From the IMG/VR virus record IMGVR_UViG_3300034091_000306: DNA of 64,000 nt. One strand, given 5' to 3'. A model generated the notes under the pieces. The model saw only the letters and a program-made list of their open reading frames with translations. It was not told the DNA's origin and made no database searches. The stretch comes from an uncultured virus (IMG/VR IMGVR_UViG_3300034091_000306). Its lineage: Duplodnaviria > Heunggongvirae > Uroviricota > Caudoviricetes. This document shows, piece by piece, positions 54,950 through 64,000 of this stretch; the first letter of the stretch is position 1, and every line of letters begins with the position of its first letter. Position numbers and translations under genes: made by a program.

Positions 54950-54977
54950 CCCCCATCTGTGGGTGCCTCGTCGGTCA
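54950..54977 (-). repeat. 27-bp dispersed repeat, copy 13
   Basis: Reverse complement TGACCGACGAGGCACCCACAGATGGGGG, intergenic. Confidence 0.92.
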
Positions 54978-55130
54978 TCCGTGTCAGTAGGAGGATCAGA
55001 TGGAAAAGATCGATATCAACAAGTCGCCGGCAAAGCTCGAAGACATAACTCTACAGCCTAACGAGAAGATTGATCTCGACCTAGACCTATCAATCGCTCT
55101 CACTATGACGCCGGAAAGAGAGATAGAAAC

Positions 55131-55343
55131 ATGATGAGTGATGAATGGAAGCCGACCAATTTCGTCAAGGATCCGATCGCGAATGCGATTTTGAATGTCG
55201 CAGCTGAATTGAATCTGCTTGCGACAAAAACAGGCGGTCTGTTGTATGGTCTGAAGTACGACAAAGACAGCGGCATGAGTATCGCTGAGGCCATTGAAGT
55301 AGGTCTCGATAAAATCGCTTCGTCTATTCCAGATAATGTGTGA
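55131..55343 (+). CDS. hypothetical protein
   Basis: 70-aa ORF coupled to the next gene. Confidence 0.5.
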   Translation: MMSDEWKPTNFVKDPIANAILNVAAELNLLATKTGGLLYGLKYDKDSGMSIAEAIEVGLDKIASSIPDNV

Positions 55344-55534
55344 CCGTGCGCCCCGATACGATCGAAGACGTCGTGACAGCCTTCAGGTACTTTCCTCAAG
55401 GCGTCACGGTCTTCAAATTGGCTAAAGCTTCTGGTCGTAGTAGAGACGTCGTCGCGCGGGTCCTCCATCGGCTCTGGGAACGTGGAGAAGCCTTGCAGCT
55501 TGGTAGAGACACTTGGAGGCCGTGGGGGACGTGA
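55340..55534 (+). CDS. small wHTH protein
   Basis: GVTVFKLAKASGRSRDVVARVLHRL...G. Confidence 0.55.
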   Translation: MTVRPDTIEDVVTAFRYFPQGVTVFKLAKASGRSRDVVARVLHRLWERGEALQLGRDTWRPWGT

Positions 55535-58020
55535 GCGAAGCGAAGGCGAAGTCGTTCCTCCTGAAGGGTCTACCCGCCCCGAAGCAGGCTGATACGCCTG
55601 CGAAGGCGAAGGCTCGTCAGAACGAGTTCAACTTCCCGCGGCGTCTTCCGCTTATCAAATACGATCCTAGAGCGAACGGCGCCAACTGCGACGAGTGCCC
55701 GCTCAACGGCTATCCGGTCATTCCGCCTACATTCGTTAGCAAAAGTATAGGAACACCCGATGCGATCTTTGTGGGTCAAGAGCCTGGCTACGAAGAAATT
55801 CGTATGGGAGAGGCCTTCGTTGGGAAGAGTGGGCGGAAGGTCAATGAGGTTCTGAAGAAGAACGGTTTGGATCGAAAACGGATCCACATCACCAATGCGG
55901 CGCTTTGCAAGTTTCGAAAGCCGAAGGATCAAGTCAAGGCGATGGCGTGCTGCGCGCCGCGATTGCAGAAGGAGCTGGAGGCCTTTCCAACGTCTGTGCC
56001 CATCATCCCGATGGGATCGTTTGCGATGCGATCGGCTTACGGGAGAAAGATTCCGATCACGCTGGGCCGCGGCTTCGTCTTCAAGAAGGACGACGGACGG
56101 ACATTCCTACCGACGCTGCACCCGGCGTATACGCTCCACGACGGCCTCCAGACGCCGCTCTTCAATCGCGATTTCCGCCGAATCGGCGAGTTCATCAAGG
56201 GTACATTACGACTTGACGCGCCGCCTTCATACGTCGTTCCGAAAAATCTAGCTGAAGTAACGAAGGTCCTTCACAAGTTCGCTAAATTGGTAGCGGCTGA
56301 CATTGAAACAAGTGAAGATCAGCCGACTTTAGCAACGCTCGATTGCATCGGCATCAGTGATGGCGTCACCACTGCGGTCATCCCGTGGATGGTCGAATAC
56401 AAGGACGCTCTGAACGTTTTCTTTCGTAAGCGTACGGCGGTCTTTCACAACGGCTACGCCTTCGACTCGATCGTCCTCGAGAAACACGGTGTAAAGCTTG
56501 GGAAGGTCGAAGATACGCTCATCGCGCACCATGTCTTCGCTTCGCATTTTCCGCAGCGGCTTGATCATCTCGTCTCTGTCTACTGCGACGCGGAGCCTTG
56601 GAAGATTCAGTTCGGCAAGCGTGTGAGCGATGAGAAAGGCCGCGCGAAGGTCCCGCAGGATCTCGAGCAGCTCTACAAGTATAACGCGCTCGATGCCTAC
56701 CTTACGTTCCGCGTGTGGGAGCGAATGCAGAAAGATCTCTCCAAATGGAGAGATCTGTATGAGGAGGACAAGGAGCTCGCCGAGTTCTGCCGGCATATGC
56801 AGCTTAGTGGTGTGCAGGTCGATATCGAACTGAAGGAGCAACTGTCGAGGGAGATCGTCGCGAAGGAAGCGCGCCTGCTGAAGGAGATGTTCGAGCTCGT
56901 TGGACACGAGTTCGCCCCGACGAAGCTCGTCGACATTCGCAAGATCCTCTTCGAGGAGTTCAAGGCGCCGATCCGAAAGCGGACGGAGACAGGCCTCCCA
57001 GCGGTCGACAAGGAGGTTCTCCAGGGCTTTGGTGCTCTCAAAGATCGCGAATACGGCAAGTTCTGCCTGAAGCTTGTCGAGTGGCGTAGCGCCGGGAAGA
57101 TGCGCTCGACGTACCTCGACAACATCATCATCGAGCCGGACGGGCGTGTCCATCCGAGCTGGCGATCGTTCGGTACGGTGACCGGGCGCTTGGCTGTTCG
57201 GAAGCCGAATCTGCAGAACCTGAAGCGTATTGACAAGAAATATAAGGACGAGCCGGAACAGCAGATCCGGAAAATCTACATCCCTCGGAAGGGATGTCGA
57301 TTTGTTGGATTCGATCTTTCGCAGGTAGAAATGCGGACGGCTGCGTTCTTGTCGGGTGATCCCGTATTCATCGCAAACGTCGTCGGCGGTGACATGCACA
57401 CCGCAAATGCACGTCTAATCTTCGGCGATCTCCCTGAGCTTGTAGACATCAAGCGCGCCAAAGAAGGTGATGGGAAGCGGATGCGGGACATCTCGAAGAA
57501 CGTCGGATTCGCGGTCAATTACATGGCCGTTGCCGAGACGCTCCTGAAGACGTTACAGGCTCAGGGGTTCACAGACGTTCGTTATACAGCGGTGGTCGCT
57601 ATGCTGAATAAGGTCAAGAAGGCATATGCGATTTATTTTTCCTTCGTCGAGTCCAACGTGGAAGCGACACGGAAGACCGGTTATCTGAAGGTTGGTTGGA
57701 TCACAGGACGCATTCGTTGGATTGGTCGTGCGCCTTCGCCGTCTGACTGCGCGAATGGTCCGAACCAGGGAACGGCTGCCGACATCATGAATCGTGCGTG
57801 CATTCGCATTCGAAAGAGATTCAAGGCAAAATGGGGTGATGATCTCGTTCGCATTGTCGCGCAAGTTCACGATTCGTGCATCGCTGAGGTGCCCGATCAG
57901 TTGGTGGACGAGGTGAAGGCGGTCATCGAAGAGGAGATGGCGAAAAAAGTGATGGTGTTGGGAATTGAGCGACAGTTTCCGATCGATCTGAAAGACGGTG
58001 TGCGGTGGAGCGAGGTGTGA
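55531..58020 (+). CDS. polA: family A DNA polymerase with N-terminal family-4 uracil-DNA-glycosylase-like domain and 3'-5' exonuclease
   Basis: UDG: CDECPL, FVGQEPG.EE, FVGKSG, ITNA..C, TLHPAY; exonuclease: DIET, HNGYAFD, YNALDA; polymerase: TGRL, PNLQN, DLSQVEMR, K.VGFAVNY, QGTAAD, QVHDS. Confidence 0.93.
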   Translation: MSEAKAKSFLLKGLPAPKQADTPAKAKARQNEFNFPRRLPLIKYDPRANGANCDECPLNGYPVIPPTFVSKSIGTPDAIFVGQEPGYEEIRMGEAFVGKSGRKVNEVLKKNGLDRKRIHITNAALCKFRKPKDQVKAMACCAPRLQKELEAFPTSVPIIPMGSFAMRSAYGRKIPITLGRGFVFKKDDGRTFLPTLHPAYTLHDGLQTPLFNRDFRRIGEFIKGTLRLDAPPSYVVPKNLAEVTKVLHKFAKLVAADIETSEDQPTLATLDCIGISDGVTTAVIPWMVEYKDALNVFFRKRTAVFHNGYAFDSIVLEKHGVKLGKVEDTLIAHHVFASHFPQRLDHLVSVYCDAEPWKIQFGKRVSDEKGRAKVPQDLEQLYKYNALDAYLTFRVWERMQKDLSKWRDLYEEDKELAEFCRHMQLSGVQVDIELKEQLSREIVAKEARLLKEMFELVGHEFAPTKLVDIRKILFEEFKAPIRKRTETGLPAVDKEVLQGFGALKDREYGKFCLKLVEWRSAGKMRSTYLDNIIIEPDGRVHPSWRSFGTVTGRLAVRKPNLQNLKRIDKKYKDEPEQQIRKIYIPRKGCRFVGFDLSQVEMRTAAFLSGDPVFIANVVGGDMHTANARLIFGDLPELVDIKRAKEGDGKRMRDISKNVGFAVNYMAVAETLLKTLQAQGFTDVRYTAVVAMLNKVKKAYAIYFSFVESNVEATRKTGYLKVGWITGRIRWIGRAPSPSDCANGPNQGTAADIMNRACIRIRKRFKAKWGDDLVRIVAQVHDSCIAEVPDQLVDEVKAVIEEEMAKKVMVLGIERQFPIDLKDGVRWSEV

Positions 58021-58023
58021 TTC

Positions 58024-58231
58024 ATGAAGATCGTAAATACAGACAATCTGGGCGGCGACTACCCTGACGAGTTCTTCGTCGCGGAGGGGATCAGAGAACA
58101 AGAGATGGCGGAGATCATGGCGAAGGCGCTCAATGATTCATCCGAAGTATTGTGGTGGGCGCCCTAATGCGTCGCGATATTACAAGGTCGTTCCCGACGA
58201 TTACGTCCTCGTTCCGGGCTTCGAGCCGTGA
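58024..58231 (+). pseudogene. small phage protein, frameshifted near 58140
   Basis: MKIVNTDNLGGDYPDE...ALN continues in the +1 frame as KYCGG...RYYKVVPDDYVLVPGFEP*, ending in a GTGA overlap with the next gene. Confidence 0.5.
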
Positions 58232-58968
58232 TTGAAAAGAAATACAAGGACGGTCTCGTCATCGTCGGTGACGCCTTCAGCAACTCGGTCGGCTCGGCGA
58301 TACGAGCTCGCTTCGACCGCTTCCCGCTCATCATCTGCGATCCGCCCTACGGGAAGATCGTCAAGTCGAAGAACTGGGATGACATCGCTGAGTACAACCG
58401 ATGGTTCGCGCACTGTGTCGAACACGCCGCCGACTTCGCGACCATCGTGATGTGGGGCGGCGCCGGGAAGCCAGGACATCGACCGTTTCTCGAATGGGTA
58501 GCGACCGTCGAGACGGCGTATCCGGAGTGGGAAGGAATGTTATGCACGTGGGCGAAAAAGCGTGCCTACGGCGTCCCTGACGACTACCTGTACTGCCGCG
58601 AGGAGGTGTTCATCTTGTATCGCGGGCCGCGCGGGAAGACGGGTAAGCCCGCGTTCAACATTCCGTTGCTCGAGAAGCTAAGAGGCTACGCCGGCTACAA
58701 CGAAAAATATCCGGCGAAAAGTGAGTTCCTGCGTAGGACAAACGTGTGGACCGACATCACGGAGATATTCAAAGGCAAGATCCACGAAGCGCAGAAGCCG
58801 GATCCGCTCTACAAAGTCCTCGTCGAGACGCATTCGAACAAGGGCGACATGGTCTACGACCCGTGTGCAGGAAGTGGAACGACGGCTCGGGCCTGTATTG
58901 CGACGGGAAGGAAGTTCGTCATCGTCGAGCAGTCACGTGGATATCTGGAGAAAGCGGGACTCGTATGA
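58228..58968 (+). CDS. N6/N4 amino-DNA methyltransferase (beta-class order)
   Basis: IICDPPY near the N-terminus; H..QKP, VYDPCAGSGTT near the C-terminus. Confidence 0.88.
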   Translation: MIEKKYKDGLVIVGDAFSNSVGSAIRARFDRFPLIICDPPYGKIVKSKNWDDIAEYNRWFAHCVEHAADFATIVMWGGAGKPGHRPFLEWVATVETAYPEWEGMLCTWAKKRAYGVPDDYLYCREEVFILYRGPRGKTGKPAFNIPLLEKLRGYAGYNEKYPAKSEFLRRTNVWTDITEIFKGKIHEAQKPDPLYKVLVETHSNKGDMVYDPCAGSGTTARACIATGRKFVIVEQSRGYLEKAGLV

Positions 58969-59166
58969 GCTATCGTTACTATCCGACCGAAGGCAGCTGT
59001 AGAGGAACCCGAGTGCGACAACTGCGGCATGATTGATGTCCCGTTGAGCGACGGTTACTGCGCCGGCTGCATCTGTCTCCGGTGCAAGAAGAACGCGGGC
59101 GAGGTCGGCCAGTCGATGACGGACATGGGCTTCTGCGACAAGTGTGAGACAGAGATCTACCTATAA
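58965..59166 (+). pseudogene. Cys-rich zinc-finger protein, apparent frameshift near 58990
   Basis: ATGA-coupled start MSYRYYPT; the +1 frame reads EEPECDNCG...CAGC.CLRC...CDKC. Confidence 0.4.
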
Positions 59167-59174
59167 AAGCGAGG

Positions 59175-59625
59175 ATGATAATGAAAAAGATCGAAGATGC
59201 GATCGTGAAGCTGGTGAAAGAAAGACAACACGTAACATTTATCGAGATTCGTAAACTGCTCGATGATTCTGGTGTGTCTACGAAGGGAGGCTACGCCTTT
59301 TTTTCCGATCAGAATAGCGTTCGAAGCGGGCCCAGGTCATGGCTGGAGTTCCGGTGGGAATAGAGGCGATTCCTGTTTGAATGAAAACCTCATTTACTGG
59401 GTTGGCATGAGTAAGGAGTTCTCCTCGCTTATGCAAAAATTGATGGGTAAGCGCATTTACCCGCACCCCGCTAGCCAACTGACATACATGATTGATGGCG
59501 GCGGAATTCCGAACTTACCGATCATCAAGTCTATACGTGGAATTGATACGAAAAAACCGCACTGGTTGCCTGTCTGTTTCTGCAGTTATCCAATTCCTGG
59601 TGAGAAGCGAAAGAAAGCAGGATGA
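59175..59625 (+). pseudogene. conserved phage protein interrupted by a 67-bp insertion
   Basis: Removing 59316-59382 fuses ...GGYAFFSDQN to ENLIYWVGMSKEF...Y.IDG...LP...KP.WLPV in frame. Confidence 0.55.
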
Positions 59626-60089
59626 TCGTCAGCGTCACCGCCCACCGCGATCTCTCTGTGAAGGATGTCGAAGTCATCCGCAAGACGATGACGGATCTCG
59701 TCCGCGATCCGCTCGTTCGCGCGATTCACTTCGGCGGCGCTCGCGGCGGCGACACCGAAGCTCTCAAGGCGGCTCTATCTGCGCGTGTCAATGAACGCTC
59801 CTCCATACCGAAGCTCGTCGTCATCGTCCCCGATACGGTTGCCTGCCAACCCGCCGAAGCGCGTAAGTGGATCGCCAAAGCCGACGAGGTCATCGAGCTG
59901 AAGGAGACCATATCGAGATCTGATGGCTACGCGAGCTACACGAACCGAGATCACTATCTCGTAGAGGTCTGTGACAAGCTTGTTGCGTTCTGTAGATCAG
60001 ATGCGGATACAGGCGGCACGCTGAAGACGATTCGTATCGCTATTTTTCAAGGTAAAGAAGTGATGACCGTCACCCTGCCGGGGGATTGA
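59622..60089 (+). CDS. SLOG-superfamily (YspA/DprA-like) protein
   Basis: VSVTAHR, FGGARGGDT, YTNRDHYLV..CD.LVAF, GGT..TIR.A. Confidence 0.75.
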   Translation: MIVSVTAHRDLSVKDVEVIRKTMTDLVRDPLVRAIHFGGARGGDTEALKAALSARVNERSSIPKLVVIVPDTVACQPAEARKWIAKADEVIELKETISRSDGYASYTNRDHYLVEVCDKLVAFCRSDADTGGTLKTIRIAIFQGKEVMTVTLPGD

Positions 60090-60334
60090 TCATGAGTTTC
60101 ACATGGCATGGTATCGCCGACTGCGACGAGTGCGGCGAAATGGTAGCGGTATCGTTTCGACTCGAAGCCGAGCGCAAAATCGTGGTCGTACACAACGCTC
60201 CAGGATGGACTGTTCGACAAATGGGGAACGACGATTCGGGTAGAGATGTAGACGCAGTGGACTTGAATGGCGATTCGTTCGCGGTCTACTGTCCTCGGCA
60301 CGGAATTCTATCCTCTCGACGCAACAAGGATTAG
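60086..60334 (+). CDS. small Cys-containing protein
   Basis: CDECG...PGW...YCPRH. Confidence 0.55.
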   Translation: MIMSFTWHGIADCDECGEMVAVSFRLEAERKIVVVHNAPGWTVRQMGNDDSGRDVDAVDLNGDSFAVYCPRHGILSSRRNKD

Positions 60335-60341
60335 GTCAAAA

Positions 60342-61751
60342 ATGTTGAAACAAGAGCTTCCCGGCACAAATCTGTTCATCGTTGATGATGTTGCTCCTGA
60401 GGACTTAGCAATGCTTCAAGCTCTCTATTCTCGGAGCGCCGACAGTGTTGAAAGCCACCTAGAGAAGGTGAAAAGAACAGGCTCAGCCAGATTTTGTCAG
60501 CAGTATTTCATAGGATATAACCACAAGAGTATTGCTGACTGCGGAACGACGACGATGTTCATCGAAGGCATTAGCACGCTCGGCGCGAAGGCGATCCAGG
60601 ACTGGCCACTCTACTCGGGTCAGGAGACCTCGACACGCTACATCGACATGAGCAAGCAGCGCATCGTCGATCCGATTGGAACGAAGGCGTCCAAGGCAAT
60701 CCTAGATCGGTGGATGTCTTTTTACACAACGTATCAAGTACGTGTCGCGGAGACGGTTCGCGAGCGCTACCCGATCACGCTCGAGGAGAAGTCAGACGAG
60801 AAGAAAGCGGCTGCGTACGAGGGCGCCGTGAAGGCGCGTACGTTCGACATCCTTCGCGGGTTCCTGCCGGCCGGCATTACGACGCAGCTCTCTTGGCATA
60901 CGAATCTGCGACAGGCGGGTGACCATCTGAATGCGCTCGCAATTCATCCGACGGAGGAAGTAAGTACGATCGGGCTCGCGCTTCAGGGCATGATGGCGAA
61001 GCAGTATCCATCAAGCAATGCAATCGGACAGGCTGCGGTCAGCGCCGTCGTCGATGACAAAGAAGAGAAACGTCGAGCTCTTCAACGACTCGAGCGCGCT
61101 ACGTGGGAGAAGAAGATCGCGGAGCGGTATACATATACGAGTGCGATGGGATCGTTTCCGCATAGTCTACGCAGTGTAGGGGATGTCGTTCTTCGATCTA
61201 CTATCCTGCTCGGTGAACTCAGTCATTACTCCGAATGTCTTGCCGCGCGTCCTCGTGGATGTGTGCTTCCGCACTTCATGACTGACTTTGGACAGCTACA
61301 GTTTGCGTTCTTGCTCGACTTTGGGTCTTTCCGCGACATTCAGCGGCATCGCAACGGCGTCTGCCGGATGCCGCTACTGACAACAGAACTAGGATTCGAG
61401 CCCTGGTACCTGGATCAACTCGACGACAGTTTGAGGGAAGAGGCAGAGATAATGATCGACAACCAATGCGCTCGAATCAGAGAGCTTTCAATGAGTGATG
61501 TCGACCAGCAATACTACACCGCACTTGGCTTCCGCGTAGCGTGTGAGGTGACCTACGCCCTGCCGGCAGCGGTCTACGTGATGGAGCTACGATCAAACAA
61601 GACGGTGCACCCGACACTACGGCGTATTGTCCATGGCATGATCGGAGAGTTCCGCATTAGAATGGGAGATCGTGTTGCGCTTCACGTCGACATGGATCCA
61701 GACTCGTGGACTGTTCGTCGCGGCATGCAGACAATCACGGAGAAGCGATGA
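60342..61751 (+). CDS. thyX: flavin-dependent thymidylate synthase, long two-domain type
   Basis: YSRS, GYNHKSIADCG, ETSTRY, FDILRGFLPAG, NLRQ, LDFGSFRDIQRHR, ELRS...HP..R. Confidence 0.85.
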   Translation: MLKQELPGTNLFIVDDVAPEDLAMLQALYSRSADSVESHLEKVKRTGSARFCQQYFIGYNHKSIADCGTTTMFIEGISTLGAKAIQDWPLYSGQETSTRYIDMSKQRIVDPIGTKASKAILDRWMSFYTTYQVRVAETVRERYPITLEEKSDEKKAAAYEGAVKARTFDILRGFLPAGITTQLSWHTNLRQAGDHLNALAIHPTEEVSTIGLALQGMMAKQYPSSNAIGQAAVSAVVDDKEEKRRALQRLERATWEKKIAERYTYTSAMGSFPHSLRSVGDVVLRSTILLGELSHYSECLAARPRGCVLPHFMTDFGQLQFAFLLDFGSFRDIQRHRNGVCRMPLLTTELGFEPWYLDQLDDSLREEAEIMIDNQCARIRELSMSDVDQQYYTALGFRVACEVTYALPAAVYVMELRSNKTVHPTLRRIVHGMIGEFRIRMGDRVALHVDMDPDSWTVRRGMQTITEKR

Positions 61752-62185
61752 CAGAGCGTCCATCCTTCGAATCGATCTGCATGCGGCAAGCGCTCGACGT
61801 CAGCCGGCGTTCCACGTGTCGTCGTCTCCAAGTCGGTTGCGTGATCTACTCCGCTGACTTCCAACGCATGATTGCGTGGGGGTACAACGGTAACGCGAGG
61901 GGTTTACCGAATGACTGCGATAGTGACGCCGTCGGGGCATGCGGATGCGTGCACTCAGAGATGAACGCGATCATCAAATGCCGTGAACCCGCGGAGACGC
62001 CGAAGGTTGTTCTCTGCACAAACCTGCCATGCAAAATGTGCTCGAAGGCGATCGTCAACCTCGGCGGCGTTACGCGCGTCATCTACGCGAGGGACTACCG
62101 CCTCAAGGATGGCCTCGAGATCTTGAAGCATGTCGGCATCGAAACGATTTGCATGATGCCGGAGGCGTTCGCGTTCGAGCCATGA
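61748..62185 (+). CDS. dCMP deaminase
   Basis: RSTC.R.QVG, GYNG, HSEMNA, PCKMC. Confidence 0.9.
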   Translation: MTERPSFESICMRQALDVSRRSTCRRLQVGCVIYSADFQRMIAWGYNGNARGLPNDCDSDAVGACGCVHSEMNAIIKCREPAETPKVVLCTNLPCKMCSKAIVNLGGVTRVIYARDYRLKDGLEILKHVGIETICMMPEAFAFEP

Positions 62186-62396
62186 CACGCCTCGTCCGAG
62201 ACATGGAGACGAGGCGCTACCGCGTGACGGCGTTCGGTCTATACGGAGAGCGCGTCCTCGCAGAGGTGAACGATCTCGAGGCTCTCGTCGCAGTGTGCGG
62301 CTCCTCGACATCTGCGGTCGGGCCTCGGTCGAGGAGCTTACGAAGCGATGGTGGGGAGAGGACGAGCAGCAGATCCTGGTGTAGGCTTCTGTCACC

Positions 62397-62951
62397 GTGA
62401 CCTTCCTTCGGTGGCAGCGGAACCCTCAGACGCCAGCGGCGAACGTCGTGGTAGCGCTTCTCACCGACACGTCGATGTCGCTCGAGGATGTCAAGCAGGC
62501 GGTCGAACAGGGGCCGCCCGAGCTCTGGGATGCGGTCACACGCACGATGGTCCCTCGCAAGGACGTCCTCCGCGCCCTTGCCGCGATCGTCCCACCTCCG
62601 CTGATTCCCATCGGCGAGACCCTCGTCGTCTACCACGCGACGGACGGCGAGACGGCGAAGCAGCTCCTCCAGCGCGGATTCATCCCTGAGACAAAGCCAA
62701 GGCGACGGGAGGGCTTCGACTACGCGCCCGGACGAGGCCTCGACGAGGGGCTGTACGTAGGCGCGACACCACGATCGGTGGATAGCTATGGCCGCGTGAT
62801 ACTCGCCATCGAGATCCCTACGTCATGGTTGCACGTTCCTCAGGAGCTGGCGCAACTCGGCGAGCGCGATCCGTTGAGGGCGCTACGTTCCCACGACGGT
62901 GCAGTCATCCGGACGAGGATCCCGGCGATGCTCTTCATGAGGGTTCGATGA
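62397..62951 (+). CDS. ADP-ribosyltransferase-fold protein (H-type) with FLR..NP leader
   Basis: VYHAT...LLQRGF...GLYV...YG..IL.I pattern. Confidence 0.6.
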   Translation: MTFLRWQRNPQTPAANVVVALLTDTSMSLEDVKQAVEQGPPELWDAVTRTMVPRKDVLRALAAIVPPPLIPIGETLVVYHATDGETAKQLLQRGFIPETKPRRREGFDYAPGRGLDEGLYVGATPRSVDSYGRVILAIEIPTSWLHVPQELAQLGERDPLRALRSHDGAVIRTRIPAMLFMRVR

Positions 62952-63250
62952 GCAATACAAGCGACATAGTGATTGGTCTACTGGTTGTAAGTGTCGCTGG
63001 AGCCGCTTTCGCCTATATCACCCAAAATAATTGGCGTACTGGTGTGCCCAAAGTTGAATTGCAGCTGATTTCGACTCCTCCGGAATGGTATTCCGTCCTT
63101 TCACGACAGCGTACTCAAAAAGCAGCGATCATCGACGCCGCTAACCGCAAATTGGCGGCGCGAGAAAAACAGGGCTTCGATGATCCGATCGTAATAATCA
63201 AACCCAAAAAAAGGGGCGGCCGATGGCTTGTAGTGCGGAGAGATCTATGA
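62948..63250 (+). CDS. small membrane protein
   Basis: IVIGLLVVSVAGAAFAYI helix; ATGA overlaps at both ends. Confidence 0.6.
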   Translation: MSNTSDIVIGLLVVSVAGAAFAYITQNNWRTGVPKVELQLISTPPEWYSVLSRQRTQKAAIIDAANRKLAAREKQGFDDPIVIIKPKKRGGRWLVVRRDL

Positions 63251-63696
63251 ACTTCCTCCGCTTCCAATCCAATCCCGTGATGCTTCGTGATCGTATCGCA
63301 CTCGACGGCGCGAAGGCGAAGCTCTGGGAACCGATCATGGATTGGATTCAGCGACCAAGCGAGGGAAAGGCGAACCTGATCGCAACGTACGAGAGTCTCA
63401 GCGATCGAGAGAAGTATCTACTCGATGAAGACATCCTCCATGTCTTCGAGAGGGAGTACGGCGCCGATACAGTGATCGTCTACCGTTACAGGACTCGTGA
63501 AGGAAACATGAGCGGCATGAGCGTGTCAGACGTCGAGCCGAAGTATCTTGGTACGAGCGGCTACAGAGCATTTCGCATCCATGCTTCCGATGTCCTCGCA
63601 CATTACGGACAAGACGGAGTGCCTCTCGGCAACAGACAGTTCAGGCACGAGAAGGAAATCATTCTGAAGCCTGATGCGAGGCCGGAGGCGCTATGA
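63247..63696 (+). CDS. ADP-ribosyltransferase-fold protein (R-S-E type) with FLR..NP leader
   Basis: VYR, MSVS and HEKEIIL in the canonical R-S-ExE order. Confidence 0.55.
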   Translation: MNFLRFQSNPVMLRDRIALDGAKAKLWEPIMDWIQRPSEGKANLIATYESLSDREKYLLDEDILHVFEREYGADTVIVYRYRTREGNMSGMSVSDVEPKYLGTSGYRAFRIHASDVLAHYGQDGVPLGNRQFRHEKEIILKPDARPEAL

Positions 63697-64000
63697 GCAA
63701 ATTCCTTCGCTTCACGAAGCGTAATCCAATCGAAGACGAGTACCTGTACCACGTGACGTACTATGGCCGCCTCGCGCCCATTGCGGCTAGAGGTCTTCGT
63801 CCAGGCCAACCCAGATCTATCGGCGGCGAGGTCTACGATTCGCATCGCAAGCGTAGAGTCTTTCTAACAGAAGGTGGTGGTGTCTTCTTCTGGCATAGCA
63901 GGACAGAAGCGTTCGCTGAGCACAACTCCGACAACGTCATCGAGGACGGACTAGTGCCCGTCGTTCTACGTGTTCGCAGAGCGATGCTCGAAGAGGACAA
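63693..64000 (+). CDS. ADP-ribosyltransferase-fold protein (H-type, KptA/DarT-like pattern), truncated by window end
   Basis: Translated by hand: MSKFLRFTKRNPIEDEYLYHVT...LAPIAARGLRP...RVFLT...VVLRV. Confidence 0.6.
   Translation, partial: MSKFLRFTKRNPIEDEYLYHVTYYGRLAPIAARGLRPGQPRSIGGEVYDSHRKRRVFLTEGGGVFFWHSRTEAFAEHNSDNVIEDGLVPVVLRVRRAMLEED

Overview
The window is a 64-kb, GC-rich, gene-dense segment of a large dsDNA bacterial virus or provirus. A Myxococcota host is plausible but is inference only. The left half (1-33.5 kb) holds a Dam-type methylase, an SNF2 helicase, a papain-like protease, a glycosylation cluster (2 methyltransferases, 2 GT2 proteins, WecB), a B-lectin protein, an RpoH-like sigma factor, lysozyme-like enzymes, five collagen-like (G-X-T) fibre genes and many single-pass membrane proteins. 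The right half (33.5-64 kb) holds replication, recombination and nucleotide-metabolism genes (PD-(D/E)xK nuclease, RepA-like helicase, Sak4-like ATPase, SSB, Prim-Pol, UvrD and RecD-like helicases, UDG-PolA fusion, ThyX, dCMP deaminase, MazG, GroES) and candidate anti-defence genes. I could not recognise a terminase, portal, HK97 capsid, tail tube, integrase, tRNA, rRNA or CRISPR array. The most striking unexplained signals are: (1) a 27-bp repeat (TGACCGACGAGGCACCCACAG[W]TGGGGG) in at least 13 dispersed copies on both strands, often as inverted pairs bracketing genes; (2) a 19-bp near-palindromic operator; (3) leaderless TAnnCT-N6/7-ATG promoters mostly in front of membrane-anchored genes; (4) three divergent ADP-ribosyltransferase-like genes sharing an N-terminal FLR-x(3-4)-NP leader. 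Several apparent frameshifts suggest sequence errors or decay. All product calls come from motif recognition by eye, not database searches.
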